Position numbers and translations under genes: made by a program
IMG/VR virus record: IMGVR_UViG_3300044295_000323
Coordinates: 897-64,896 of that record
From: a virus
Lineage: Duplodnaviria > Caudoviricetes
Length of the DNA stretch: 64,000 nt
Reading direction: 5' to 3' (one strand)
Shown here: piece after piece, positions 25,772-35,570 of the stretch
Position numbering within the stretch: position 1 is the first letter of the stretch
Layout of the letters: the number at the start of each line of letters is the position of its first letter
The notes under the pieces: generated by a model
What the model saw: the letters and a program-made list of their open reading frames with translations, nothing else
Told to the model about the DNA's origin: nothing
Database searches by the model: none

Positions 25772-26330
25772 CTAAAGAGTTTACCCACTTGGCACAGGTA
25801 TGCTTTAGACCAATTTACCGTGTAAAAAGGTAATTGGTATATGTCATAACTACATCCCACAGGAAGTTCAACGAATTGGATAGGAAATCCAAACGGTTGG
25901 ATCCGTAGCTGGTGGGGGCGCCCTACCCCTCGCCTCGGTCACTTGCCCTAATAGGCCAGATGCCCTAGGATCGCTGGCCGGGGCACCTTTTGCCCCTAGG
26001 GGCCACCCCCGGCGGGGGGAGAAAAAAGGCCCCAAAATTTTCCAGCACCCCCCAAATTTCAGCGTCCGGTGCGCCTAGAGCCCCCATCCAGAGCTCCCAG
26101 GGGTAGGAGGTCTGCCCTACGAGCTCATCGCCCCCAGAGGCTCCTAATGGGCCCTGGGGCCGGCGCCCACAGAACGGGCGCCCCTCGCCACCGTCTGCCC
26201 TAGAAATCTTATATAGAGTGAGCTTCCCACCTCGGGGGCTTCCAAACGGGGTGTTCCATCCCAATACCTATAAGGTATGTACTGAAATATGTGACAGAAA
26301 CACCCCCCCAAATCTCGCTATCTGCCCTAT

Positions 26331-26423
26331 TATCAACAACTTACAGCCATCTACCCTGGAAATCTATTTTGACACGTTCCATTTTCATCTGACACACCAA
26401 GGAAAGAGGCTAAATTGTTGATT
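26331..26423. promoter_or_regulatory. two further IHF consensus boxes
   Basis: TATCAACAACTTA at 26331-26343 (+) and AATCAACAATTTA at 26411-26423 (-) in an AT-richer noncoding stretch. Confidence 0.55.
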
Positions 26424-26555
26424 TTAAACGACTTAGGGGCGTTTTTCAGCCCCCTAAGTAGGTGTTCCAGACCCCGTTCCACGCCATTTCACCCTGAAAC
26501 ACCCCCAAAATGGGCCGTTTTTGTAACCTCAGGCCAACGCCGGCGTCCAAGAACT

Positions 26556-26816
26556 ATGACGCCAGCCCAGATTCGACGTGCGGCCAGGGATCGCCAACGT
26601 CTGAGACGCCGACGGGTCAAGGAAGCCCAGGAACAAGGACTGCCGGCCCCCCAGATGAAGCGTGGGCGGCCACGTAAGTTGCGCGAACTGACGGAAGAAG
26701 AGGCCAGGGACGCCAATACCGCCATGGTCCGGCGCTACCGAAGTCGCAAAGCCTGGGCGATTAAGATGTGGCGCAAGTTCGAGGGGTCCAAACTGGCCCG
26801 GAAACGCAAGATCTAG
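26556..26816 (+). CDS. small basic protein with AT-hook-like motif
   Basis: KRGRPRK; Arg-rich. Confidence 0.5.
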   Translation: MTPAQIRRAARDRQRLRRRRVKEAQEQGLPAPQMKRGRPRKLRELTEEEARDANTAMVRRYRSRKAWAIKMWRKFEGSKLARKRKI

Positions 26817-26825
26817 CCCTAGATC

Positions 26826-26854
26826 TTGACTTTGACCACAAGATGTGGTAGTCT
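26826..26854 (+). promoter_or_regulatory. sigma70-type late promoter 1
   Basis: TTGACT-17bp-TAGTCT with extended TG; nearly identical to 31891-31919. Confidence 0.75.
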
Positions 26855-26989
26855 AGTTGAAGCTTGGGGTGAGGTGGATCCTGTGCTGAAGCTGGCCCCT
26901 CCCACCTCTCCTCCCAGCCGCCCGGCGCGGTTGCATTCCCCTCCCCCAAGCGCCCCATTCGGGGCCATTTTTCATGAGGAGCGTTCCAT

Positions 26990-27559
26990 TTGGCCCTTAG
27001 GGGTGAGAAGCAACTCAAGGCGCGGGCTGCTAAGATGCTCGAAGCCAAGATCTTGACCGGTAAGACCAACGCCGAATTGGCCAAGGACTTCGGGGTCGGG
27101 CCAGAAGTCGTGCGTCGAGCTCTCACGTTGGCCGAACGGGCCGAGATCGTCGTCAAGTTCGAAGACAAGCTCTATAACGACCTCTTGCCGGCCAGTTTTG
27201 AGGCCGTCCAGACGGCATTACAGGGCGGGGGCGACGTCGCGTTAGCCAAGATCGGGCTCCAGGTATTGACGGGAACCCAAGTATTGCGCCCCACGGCCCA
27301 GCGCTCAGCGATCCAGGCGCAGGAAGACGACGAATTGGCCCTCTATGTGGCCGCCAAACGGAAACAGGCCGAACTTCAGGCCCGCACAGTAGAGGCCGAA
27401 TATGTCCACTCGACAGTTAATGAGGCAGAAGGCACGAGAAATCTTCTTCCAAGCCATGGACCCGCGACGTTTGTCGAGGAAGGAGCGCCGGAAGACGGTG
27501 AAGATGGCGCTGAAGACCCTCAAGTTGACGCTCCAGAAACAGACCTCAATAGGAGCTAA
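26990..27559 (+). CDS. putative terminase small subunit
   Basis: N-terminal HTH (TNAELAKDFGVGPEVVRRAL); lies upstream of TerL; SD GAGGAG. Confidence 0.55.
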   Translation: MALRGEKQLKARAAKMLEAKILTGKTNAELAKDFGVGPEVVRRALTLAERAEIVVKFEDKLYNDLLPASFEAVQTALQGGGDVALAKIGLQVLTGTQVLRPTAQRSAIQAQEDDELALYVAAKRKQAELQARTVEAEYVHSTVNEAEGTRNLLPSHGPATFVEEGAPEDGEDGAEDPQVDAPETDLNRS

Positions 27560-27780
27560 TGACGATGTTTGATCACTACACCGACTCGTATATGAATGGA
27601 CACTTCCGGGTCGCCATTGACTCGAAAGAGCTTCCCAACGGCGAGTGGGAAGCCTCGTATACGTCCCCCTGGGGCGAAACGGTGACCGCCACGTCGACCG
27701 ATCAGATCGACGCCCATCGTCAGTGCGCAGAGAAGGTGCGCGAGGGCGTTCTCAAGCGCGAGATTCAGCTCGGCCGCTAG
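27559..27780 (+). CDS. hypothetical protein
   Basis: SD AGGAG; TAATG overlap. Confidence 0.6.
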   Translation: MTMFDHYTDSYMNGHFRVAIDSKELPNGEWEASYTSPWGETVTATSTDQIDAHRQCAEKVREGVLKREIQLGR

Positions 27781-27786
27781 TTCCCT

Positions 27787-29445
27787 GTGCCCCCTAGAAA
27801 ACTCTCTAAGCAAGAAGAAGTCCTCAAGGGGCTTCCTACAACGACGTCTGACCTCGGATTCCTGCCCTTTAAGGACGTCATCGAGGATCCGATGCTGATG
27901 AAGCCCCTGTGGGACCAGCTCTCGGCGCCGCAGCAGGTGGCGTTGAAAGCGTTCTATGGGCTCCCACTGGAGGGCCGCGAGCTCGACATTTGGGCCATTT
28001 TCCAGGACTCCTGCACCTACGATCCCCTTGGGTACGTCACAGATATCGTGCGAGTACCCTACACGCCCAAAGAATACTCACTCCTGGTGGGTATTCTTGG
28101 GCGGCGTTCGGGGAAATCAAGCCAAATCACGGCCTTTGCCACCCTCTACGAGATCCTCTTTGGGGGTCACATGAAGGACGTGATGAAGGGCCAGGACGTA
28201 GTAGTGCCGTATATTGCGCAGGACTTGGCGACCGCGAAGGCCAACATGGTCTTTGTGGCGCTGATGGCCCAGCAGGTACCCCTATTAGCTAAACAGATTA
28301 GCTACTTCTCGCGGGATCGCATCGAATTTAAGAACGGCATTGTGATGTTGCCAGAACCCCCCGCCATCAAGACCGGTCGTGGCTTCGCCATGCCGATCGT
28401 CATTGGCGACGAGGTGGGGTTTTGGTACAAGACGGCTGAAGCGGCCAACCCTGACGTTGAGGTCCAGCGAGCTGTCCGTCACGCCCAGGCCCAGTTTTCC
28501 AGGGCCAAGCAGTTCCTGATCTCGACGCCCTATACCGAAGAGGGCTTGCTGTGGAAGTATCACCGGGCCGGCACCGCCGGCGCCAAGACCTCGCTCGACA
28601 AGCGCGACCAATTTGCTGACGTTCTGGTGTTGCAGGCGTCGACGGCCGCGATGGAGAACCCCAGGATTAGCCGCAAGCGCCTGGTCGAACTCCAGATGGA
28701 AGACCCTGACGCCTTCATTCGTGAGTCGTTAGCGCGGTTTGTCTCGTCGATTAATAGCTATTTTCCGGCCGAGTTGATCCACAAGGCCACGATGCAGAAC
28801 AAGGCCGAGCGGACCCGCGCTGAAAACGAAGACAGCGGAATGTTGCCTAATTATGTGGCGGCGATGGACCCGGCGTTCCGACATGACGACTTTGCCTTCT
28901 CGATCTTCCACGTCGACAAAGATGGAACCGTAGTCCAGGACGTCCTCAAGGTCTGGAGCCCTAACGAGAATGGCGGCCAACGCCTCAACCCGGGGGACAT
29001 CTTGGCCGAAATTGGCGCGATTTGCCACAACTGGAACATTGGCGTCGTCTATAGCGACCAGTATCAGTTGGAATCACTCCAGCAGATGGCCCAAACCTAC
29101 AACTTCTCCATCATCGGCAAGGACTTCACGGGGGCGAGTAAGGCCAAGATCTATGGCTCGTTGCTCCACCTGATGAGAACGGAGAAGATCAAGCTGCTCG
29201 ATAAGCCGGTCATTATCACGCAGTTGACGCAACTTCAGAAGAAACTGGGCGCCATGAACACCGTACGCATCAGCGCCCCGAACGGAAAACACGATGACGT
29301 GGCTAGCGTTATTGCTCTGGGTGCTTCTGTGGCCCTAATGCATCGTCCCGACATCAAGCTCGTCAAGAAGGAGCCCACGTTATTTGACTTGGGTATGGAT
29401 TGCATCCGGCGCCGGCGTCTGGAAGCAGAAGAGGTGTGGACTTAA
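27787..29445 (+). CDS. terL: terminase large subunit
   Basis: GRRSGKS Walker A, IGDEVGFW Walker B, ISTP, AMDPA and KHDD nuclease aspartates. Confidence 0.9.
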   Translation: MPPRKLSKQEEVLKGLPTTTSDLGFLPFKDVIEDPMLMKPLWDQLSAPQQVALKAFYGLPLEGRELDIWAIFQDSCTYDPLGYVTDIVRVPYTPKEYSLLVGILGRRSGKSSQITAFATLYEILFGGHMKDVMKGQDVVVPYIAQDLATAKANMVFVALMAQQVPLLAKQISYFSRDRIEFKNGIVMLPEPPAIKTGRGFAMPIVIGDEVGFWYKTAEAANPDVEVQRAVRHAQAQFSRAKQFLISTPYTEEGLLWKYHRAGTAGAKTSLDKRDQFADVLVLQASTAAMENPRISRKRLVELQMEDPDAFIRESLARFVSSINSYFPAELIHKATMQNKAERTRAENEDSGMLPNYVAAMDPAFRHDDFAFSIFHVDKDGTVVQDVLKVWSPNENGGQRLNPGDILAEIGAICHNWNIGVVYSDQYQLESLQQMAQTYNFSIIGKDFTGASKAKIYGSLLHLMRTEKIKLLDKPVIITQLTQLQKKLGAMNTVRISAPNGKHDDVASVIALGASVALMHRPDIKLVKKEPTLFDLGMDCIRRRRLEAEEVWT

Positions 29446-29729
29446 TGGCAGCGAAGAAAGCTGATCTCAGCGAAGAACTCGTCCTGCTCGTTAAAGAAAT
29501 GATGAAGCAGCAGGCCGAGGTGTTGAAAGTCGCTATGGAAACCCAGAAGTCCCAGGCCGAAGTCCTCAACAAGTGGATTGGGATGTTCACGCCCCAGGCC
29601 CAGCCCTATAAGTCCACCACCGAAGACGAACGTGCCAAGCTCCGCGAGGAGATGGACGCGGCCCAGTGGGAGCCTGTAACGGCCCCGATGTTCCCCGATA
29701 CTGACGGAGACCTGTTCAATGGAATCTAG
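29445..29729 (+). CDS. hypothetical protein
   Basis: between TerL and portal with overlapping junctions. Confidence 0.6.
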   Translation: MAAKKADLSEELVLLVKEMMKQQAEVLKVAMETQKSQAEVLNKWIGMFTPQAQPYKSTTEDERAKLREEMDAAQWEPVTAPMFPDTDGDLFNGI

Positions 29730-31881
29730 TTTCGCCGCCCCTGTAGACACGAGCGGCGTCCCCACCCCAGGCGCCACCGCAGGGCCCGTCCCAGATCAGC
29801 AGATCGCCACAGCTGGGCGCGTCGAGTCTGACGCTCAGCTCGTTAGCGAGATCTACAATAAATATGATCTCCGGCGTCAGATGCGTCGTCCCTATGAGGT
29901 GCAGTGGTATCTGAACGCGTCTGCCCTCCGAGGCTTCCCTGACGTCAGGTGGAACGCCGAGCTCAACCGCCTGGAGATCAAGCGAGAGCCGGCCCATCGG
30001 AAGCGCCATCGCATCAACCACATCAAGCCCAAGTATGTGGCGCGAGTCGCCAAGTATACGAAGATTCCACCGAATCCCACGGTGGTGCCCGCCACGTCGG
30101 ACCGCGAAGACATCTTTAACGCCCGCGCAAGCCAGAAGGTCCTTGAATACTACACCCGGAAGGGCCAGTTGCGTCAGAAGTTTATGTCGGCCATGCAGTG
30201 GGTGCCGCTGACAGGCAAGGCGTTCTGGTGGCTCCATTATGACGACAACCAGATGAGCTTCTCCCCGGTGGAGCTCGATGGTGAGCGTCGGCCCATTATG
30301 GGCGAAGTGGAGTGTAGTTTCGGGAGCGCGTTCGAATTTCTGCCGGCCGACCCTGGAATTGAGCTCCTGGCGGACCAGCCCGAGATTCATCGCGTCCGTC
30401 TGGAGCGCTGTTCAGATATTGAGAAGCGATATAACCAGCTTCCAGGAACGATCGCCAAGGAGTCGAACAACAACGACTTGTTCTTCTACCAGCGCCAAAT
30501 CGCCGACCTTGGCACTCGTCAGCAGGGAATCGCCTCGCGTTCGGCCCAGTCCATTGCCGAGAATGACTCCACGAACGACGGTTATGCGCTCGTCATCGAG
30601 ACGTTCACCAAGCCGTGCGCCAAGTATCCCTTTGGCCGCTACGTGGTGGTGGCAGGGAAGAAGCTGCTGAAGAAGCAGGACTCGATCCCGGGCAACTTCC
30701 AGGCGGTCCACAAGAACCCCTATCCGTGCGTCGAATTCTCAGACGACGCGGCGCCGGGACAGTTCTGGCCGGACGCCTTCATCGAGCGCCTGGTGGGACT
30801 GGCCAGCGAATATAACGAGTATCGGTCGAAGATGGCGGAGAACATGGCCATGCACTTCTTCCCCAAACTCGTGGTACCGAAGCAGCTCAATCTCGCGGCC
30901 GACGCCTACACGTCCGAAGCGGGCGAGCGTCTGGATGTGAACTGGATCCCTGGCATTCAGATGCCATCATTCCTGCAGCCCGCCAGCGTCATCGGTGACG
31001 CCTGGAACGTCCTCAATACGATCCGTAAGGAGATGGACGACATCACGCTCATCTACCCGACGGCCGTGGGCGGCGCGGGTGGAACGAACAGTGGCTTCCA
31101 GGCCAATTTGCTCCAGGAGGCGGCGGACCAGGTCCATGGGCCCTCTATCGCCCGGAACGCCATGGCGTTAGAAGAAGCCTATATCAAGATCCGTCACTTG
31201 ATGAAGATCAGCTACGACATCCCGAGGTTGGTGTCGATCGCGGGCAAGAATAACATTCCCGAGGTCTACGAATTTAGCTCTAGCCAGATCGACGAGCAGG
31301 CCGACGTTCGTATCGAGCCCGATACGATGATGCCCATGCTGAGGTCTGCCCGTGTGGACATGATCCGGGGCATGTACCAGGATGGCCTCTTTGGCGATCC
31401 GCAGGATCCCGCCACGAGAAAGCGCGTCCAGGACATGATCCGTATGGGCTATAGCGACTTCGAGATCGATCGCGATCAGCGTGACCAGGAGCAGGCCCAG
31501 TTGGAAAACATCCAAATGGGGCGCGGTGAAGAGTTGCCGAAGCCGCAGCCGTGGGAAGACCACAAGATCCACTGGGAGCTCCACACCGACTTGTTCAAGT
31601 CGCCCGAGGCCCAGCAGTGGTCCGACCAGCAGCGTCTCTCCGGCGCCTGGCATGCGATTGTGCATCTTTCATATATCAGCATTCCGGACGCGTTGCAGAT
31701 GGCCGGCGAGTTTGGCCTGGCCATGAAGCTCCAAGAGCTGCTCTCACTGCGCCAGGCGGGCATGCCCGTTCCGCCAGCGCCCCAACCCCAGCCCATGGCC
31801 CCACCCCAGGCCCCCGGGGGCGCAGGAGTCCCCCCTCCAGGAGCTCCTCCCCCCGGTCCTCCCATTGGGCCCCAAATGTAA
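29719..31881 (+). CDS. portal protein
   Basis: 720 aa after TerL; INHIKPKYVARVAK, FWPDAFIERL, Pro-rich tail, WEDHKIH typical of P22-like environmental portals. Confidence 0.8.
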   Translation: MESSFAAPVDTSGVPTPGATAGPVPDQQIATAGRVESDAQLVSEIYNKYDLRRQMRRPYEVQWYLNASALRGFPDVRWNAELNRLEIKREPAHRKRHRINHIKPKYVARVAKYTKIPPNPTVVPATSDREDIFNARASQKVLEYYTRKGQLRQKFMSAMQWVPLTGKAFWWLHYDDNQMSFSPVELDGERRPIMGEVECSFGSAFEFLPADPGIELLADQPEIHRVRLERCSDIEKRYNQLPGTIAKESNNNDLFFYQRQIADLGTRQQGIASRSAQSIAENDSTNDGYALVIETFTKPCAKYPFGRYVVVAGKKLLKKQDSIPGNFQAVHKNPYPCVEFSDDAAPGQFWPDAFIERLVGLASEYNEYRSKMAENMAMHFFPKLVVPKQLNLAADAYTSEAGERLDVNWIPGIQMPSFLQPASVIGDAWNVLNTIRKEMDDITLIYPTAVGGAGGTNSGFQANLLQEAADQVHGPSIARNAMALEEAYIKIRHLMKISYDIPRLVSIAGKNNIPEVYEFSSSQIDEQADVRIEPDTMMPMLRSARVDMIRGMYQDGLFGDPQDPATRKRVQDMIRMGYSDFEIDRDQRDQEQAQLENIQMGRGEELPKPQPWEDHKIHWELHTDLFKSPEAQQWSDQQRLSGAWHAIVHLSYISIPDALQMAGEFGLAMKLQELLSLRQAGMPVPPAPQPQPMAPPQAPGGAGVPPPGAPPPGPPIGPQM

Positions 31882-31890
31882 AAGTGACGA

Positions 31891-31919
31891 TTGACTTTAG
31901 CCACAAGATGTGGTAGACT
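31891..31919 (+). promoter_or_regulatory. sigma70-type late promoter 2
   Basis: TTGACT-TTAGCCACAAGATGTGG-TAGACT. Confidence 0.75.
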
Positions 31920-32078
31920 TTTTTATACAACTCCCCAATATGTAGCTGACAGTGCTATGTATTGGTGCTCCGTGGCAACCCCGCCCCGGGGCTCTTACTG
32001 TCCCACTCGCCAAGATTCGCAGAATCAGCCAGTGCGTAGCTAGTACGCCCGTTCGGGACCTAGCCCTCTGCAACCTCA

Positions 32079-33119
32079 ATGTCAGTGACAAACGTCGTTA
32101 CGGCCCCTGATTCGATTCAGCCAGCGACCATCGACTTTCAGGCCCTCCGGGCAAAAGCGATGGAGCATCCAGCGGGAAATGAAGTGGAAGCGGTTGCATC
32201 ACCCGAACCCACCCCGGCGCCCGCTGTTAGTGATCCGGTAGCCCAGAGCACTCCCCCGGAGCAGGCTCCTCAGGCAGTAGACGCGGTAGCCCAGGCCAAA
32301 ATCCTGGAACTCAGCGACACGGACCAGATTCGAGTCAAAGTTGATGGCAAGGAAGAGATCGTCAGCGCGAAGGACTATCGCGATGGCATCTCACGAGAAG
32401 CCGTTTTCACCAAGCGTATGCAGACGCTGGCCGAGCAGCGGCGTGAAGCCGAAGCTCAGTTAGCCGCGCAGTACGCACAAGTGCAGCGAGAAGCAGAAGC
32501 GATCGCGTTGGCCAAACAGCAGTTTGCCGCGCAGTTCGACGCTCTGCGAACTCCAGCGTCTCAGTCCGTAGCTCCGCAGACAGCGCCCCGTGCGCTGGAC
32601 CCGCAGGAGCTGGCCACTCTGGGTGATGTAAATTCCACGATCGAACAGAAGCTCGAAGCGATTCGCAACGAGCAGAAGTCGCAGCAAGAGGCGTTCGTAC
32701 GAGCGCTTGGCGAGGCGAGCCAGCAGGTTCAGACGCAGGCCCAGCTGCAGCGAGACACGATTGATTTTACGAATCACCTGCAATCGGTGATGAGTAAGCC
32801 TGAGTACCAGGTGTTGAATCGCGTGAGCCCGTTTGCAGAGGAGATTGTTCGGCAGAAGGTCGCCGCGATGGAGCCCCGCTCCATGGCAGAAGCGAAGGAC
32901 TTCGCCGACACGTATGTCCGGGGCTGGTATCAGGACGTGACGGCTGCGATGGTGGAATCGGCTAAACGGCAAGAGGTCGCAAAGGCCCAGGCCAGACTAG
33001 AACCCCCACAGGGTTCGGCACCCCCGCCAGTTGCGCAATTCAAGCCCGGCGATGCGTTCCGCAAGGACGGAAAGTTCGATTGGGCGGCTCTTCGAGCCCG
33101 CGCTGAGGGGATGCTCTAG
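32079..33119 (+). CDS. capsid scaffolding protein
   Basis: RVKVDGKEEIVS...FTKRMQTLAEQRR scaffold pattern, coiled coil, precedes MCP. Confidence 0.75.
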   Translation: MSVTNVVTAPDSIQPATIDFQALRAKAMEHPAGNEVEAVASPEPTPAPAVSDPVAQSTPPEQAPQAVDAVAQAKILELSDTDQIRVKVDGKEEIVSAKDYRDGISREAVFTKRMQTLAEQRREAEAQLAAQYAQVQREAEAIALAKQQFAAQFDALRTPASQSVAPQTAPRALDPQELATLGDVNSTIEQKLEAIRNEQKSQQEAFVRALGEASQQVQTQAQLQRDTIDFTNHLQSVMSKPEYQVLNRVSPFAEEIVRQKVAAMEPRSMAEAKDFADTYVRGWYQDVTAAMVESAKRQEVAKAQARLEPPQGSAPPPVAQFKPGDAFRKDGKFDWAALRARAEGML

Positions 33120-33179
33120 TTAGGAAGTCTTCCCTAGGAAGCTTCATCTCCCCGGACACACGTCCAGAAAGCTACTCTC

Positions 33180-34415
33180 ATGGCATTCGATTACACGGCA
33201 GCGACTCCTATTCTGAAGGAAGTCTACCTGCCGGCGTTGCAGGAACTCCTGAACAACGCCACTCCGCTCCTGTCCGCGATTGAGAAGGATATTACCCCGG
33301 TTGAGGGTGGTAACTTCGTCATCGCGATCCACCGTACCCGCAACAACGCGGCCGCCATTGGCCGTGCGGAAGGTGGCACGCTCCCGACCGCTGGAACCCA
33401 GGGCTATGCCCGGGCGATCGTGCCGGTGAAGCAGCTCTACTCGCGCATCAACGTGTCGGGTAAGGCAATCGCCAGCACGCGTTCCAACAAGGGTGCCTTC
33501 CTGAAGGCGCTGGAGTCGGAAATGCAGTACGTCATGACCGACACCAAGCGCGGTCTGAACCGTCAGCTCAACGGCGACGGTACGGGCGCTTTGGCGTACT
33601 GGACCGGTGCGGACAACACCACGCCGGCGACCGTGGACGACAACCTGGGCAACGGCACCACGCACCTCCCGGTGGGTAGTGTCACGTGCGACTTGATCGA
33701 TACCGACAACTCCACGAAGAACGGCGACTCGATCGTCATTACGCGTGGCGCGGTGGGTACGTCGACCACGTCGGTCAGCTGGTCGGGCTCGGTGTCGAGC
33801 TCGGGCGACGGTGACTATCTCGTCCTGGAAGATACCCTGGGCTACGAGATGACCGGTATCCAGGCTGTCATCAACGACGCGGACCCGGCGCTTCTGAGCG
33901 GCGGTCTCCACGGCCTGACCGTGGCGTCCTATCCTGATTGGAAGGCCGTCGTGATGGGTTCGGATTCTTCGCAGGAAGACCTGACCTTCGTCAAGATCCA
34001 GCAGCTCATCTCGCGCATCGTCAACGAATCGGCGTGCGACGAGAGCGACCTGAAGATGTTCCACTGCCACCCGGCGGTGCGCGACACCTACGTCAAGCTG
34101 TGCCAGGACGAGCGCGTTTTCTATAACGTCATGAAGCTCGATGGCGGCTGGGAAGCCGTGACCTACAACGGCAAGCCGATCGTGGCGGACAACCAGTGCC
34201 GTCGCAACGCCCTGTTCCTGATCAATCCGTCGAGCCTCTCGCTGATGCAGATGGCCCCGCTGGACTTCATGGACAAGGACGGCTCGGTGTTCTACCGCAT
34301 GTCGGGCGGTGACGTCGACGCGTACGGCGCCACGGCGTTCGTGTACCAGGAACTTGGTTGCAAGGTTCGTAATCAGAACGGCGTGATCAAGGGAATTAGG
34401 GAGGTCTGGTCATAG
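33180..34415 (+). CDS. major capsid protein (HK97 fold)
   Basis: 411 aa; ILKEVY, AEGGTLP, NRQLNGDGTG, GIQAVI, YNGKPIVAD; strongly biased codon usage. Confidence 0.85.
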   Translation: MAFDYTAATPILKEVYLPALQELLNNATPLLSAIEKDITPVEGGNFVIAIHRTRNNAAAIGRAEGGTLPTAGTQGYARAIVPVKQLYSRINVSGKAIASTRSNKGAFLKALESEMQYVMTDTKRGLNRQLNGDGTGALAYWTGADNTTPATVDDNLGNGTTHLPVGSVTCDLIDTDNSTKNGDSIVITRGAVGTSTTSVSWSGSVSSSGDGDYLVLEDTLGYEMTGIQAVINDADPALLSGGLHGLTVASYPDWKAVVMGSDSSQEDLTFVKIQQLISRIVNESACDESDLKMFHCHPAVRDTYVKLCQDERVFYNVMKLDGGWEAVTYNGKPIVADNQCRRNALFLINPSSLSLMQMAPLDFMDKDGSVFYRMSGGDVDAYGATAFVYQELGCKVRNQNGVIKGIREVWS

Positions 34416-34425
34416 AAATTTGGAG

Positions 34426-34454
34426 TTGACTTTCTAGCTCAGCTGTAGTACACT
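34426..34454 (+). promoter_or_regulatory. sigma70-type promoter of the HNH gene
   Basis: TTGACT-17bp-TACACT, 6 nt before the GTG start. Confidence 0.6.
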
Positions 34455-34460
34455 GAGCTA

Positions 34461-35051
34461 GTGAAGAAAACATCAAATCTTTCTCCAGATCAACTCATTG
34501 AGCTTCGGGCCAAGCGTGCAGCCTACATGCGTAGGTACAACGCAAGGCCCGAGGCCAAACTCCGAAATAAAGAACGCAATCTACGATACAAGTCACAAAG
34601 GCGGGAAAAGTTAGCAGCACAAGAAAGTGCCCGCTATTATGCGAACCACGAAAAGGCTCTAGAGTACAGACGCCAATATCGACATTCCCTAAGTCCAGAA
34701 GAAAAAGCCAGGCAACAACAGATCCGAAAAGAGTGGGCCCAGCAAAATCCTGATCGAGTCGCAGCGTCTTACCAACGACGTAAACACACCGATGCGTATC
34801 GGTATAAGGCCACAGAACAAAAGGGCAAACGTAAAGCTCGGGTTTCTGGAGCGCGTATCGAACGAATCAATTGGCGTCAGGTGTGGTCCACGTTTGACGG
34901 CACGTGCAATCTTTGTAAGAAAGAACTCCGCATCGGAGTTCACACCTACCACTTCGATCACATTGTAGCGTTGAGCCGAGGTGGCGCACACAGCACAGAC
35001 AATCTTCAGATCGTCCACGCAAAGTGCAACCTTTCCAAAAATCGCTACTAA
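34461..35051 (+). CDS. HNH homing endonuclease
   Basis: CNLC...FDHIVALSRGGAHSTDNLQIVHAKCN; AT-richer than flanks. Confidence 0.85.
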   Translation: MKKTSNLSPDQLIELRAKRAAYMRRYNARPEAKLRNKERNLRYKSQRREKLAAQESARYYANHEKALEYRRQYRHSLSPEEKARQQQIRKEWAQQNPDRVAASYQRRKHTDAYRYKATEQKGKRKARVSGARIERINWRQVWSTFDGTCNLCKKELRIGVHTYHFDHIVALSRGGAHSTDNLQIVHAKCNLSKNRY

Positions 35052-35104
35052 CCCTACTGGCCTAGATGTGAAGCTATCCGCTGGGCTGTTAATAGGAGCA
35101 CACC

Positions 35105-35506
35105 ATGGCAGATATTTCGAAGCGCATTAAGACCCCCCGGCGTGAACGTGGCGACTACGCCCTCAAGACCGCCGCGTACGATCTCAAGAACAGCGAGTCC
35201 GGTTCTGTGTTCCAGTGGGACTCGACGACCGCGTTCAACTTCAACCTCCCCCGCGTACGCCCCGAGTTTAAGGGCGTCTTCTTCGATTTCGTCATCAATA
35301 CGGCGGCGTCCAGTGGCACCGGCCACGGCGTCTCACCGGATTCCAATGACAAGATCATCGGTTGCGGCCTGACCGCAGCGGATAACAAAGACGTCTATTT
35401 TGCCACGGCGGGTGACGCCGTGGGCAACGGGTTCCGCCTTGTGTCCGACGGCCTGGATGGTTGGGTCATTTTCCACCTGAACGGCACCCTCAGCCGCGAA
35501 GCCTAA
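35105..35506 (+). CDS. putative capsid decoration/minor head protein
   Basis: beta-rich, LVSDGLDGWVI; follows MCP; SD AGGAG. Confidence 0.5.
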   Translation: MADISKRIKTPRRERGDYALKTAAYDLKNSESGSVFQWDSTTAFNFNLPRVRPEFKGVFFDFVINTAASSGTGHGVSPDSNDKIIGCGLTAADNKDVYFATAGDAVGNGFRLVSDGLDGWVIFHLNGTLSREA

Positions 35507-35519
35507 TGTAGAGCCTCCG

Positions 35520-35545
35520 GGGGAGTGAGGAAACTTACTCCCCTT
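35520..35545 (+). terminator. hairpin/terminator after the head genes
   Basis: GGGGAGTGAG-GAAA-CTTACTCCCC followed by a pyrimidine run. Confidence 0.5.
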
Positions 35546-35570
35546 GACTCTTTCCTTACGAGGCTTCTAC

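Noticed and set aside
25789-25804. Second sigma54 promoter TGGCACAGGTATGC on the plus strand
   Set aside because: GG-to-GC spacing is 9 nt rather than the required 10.
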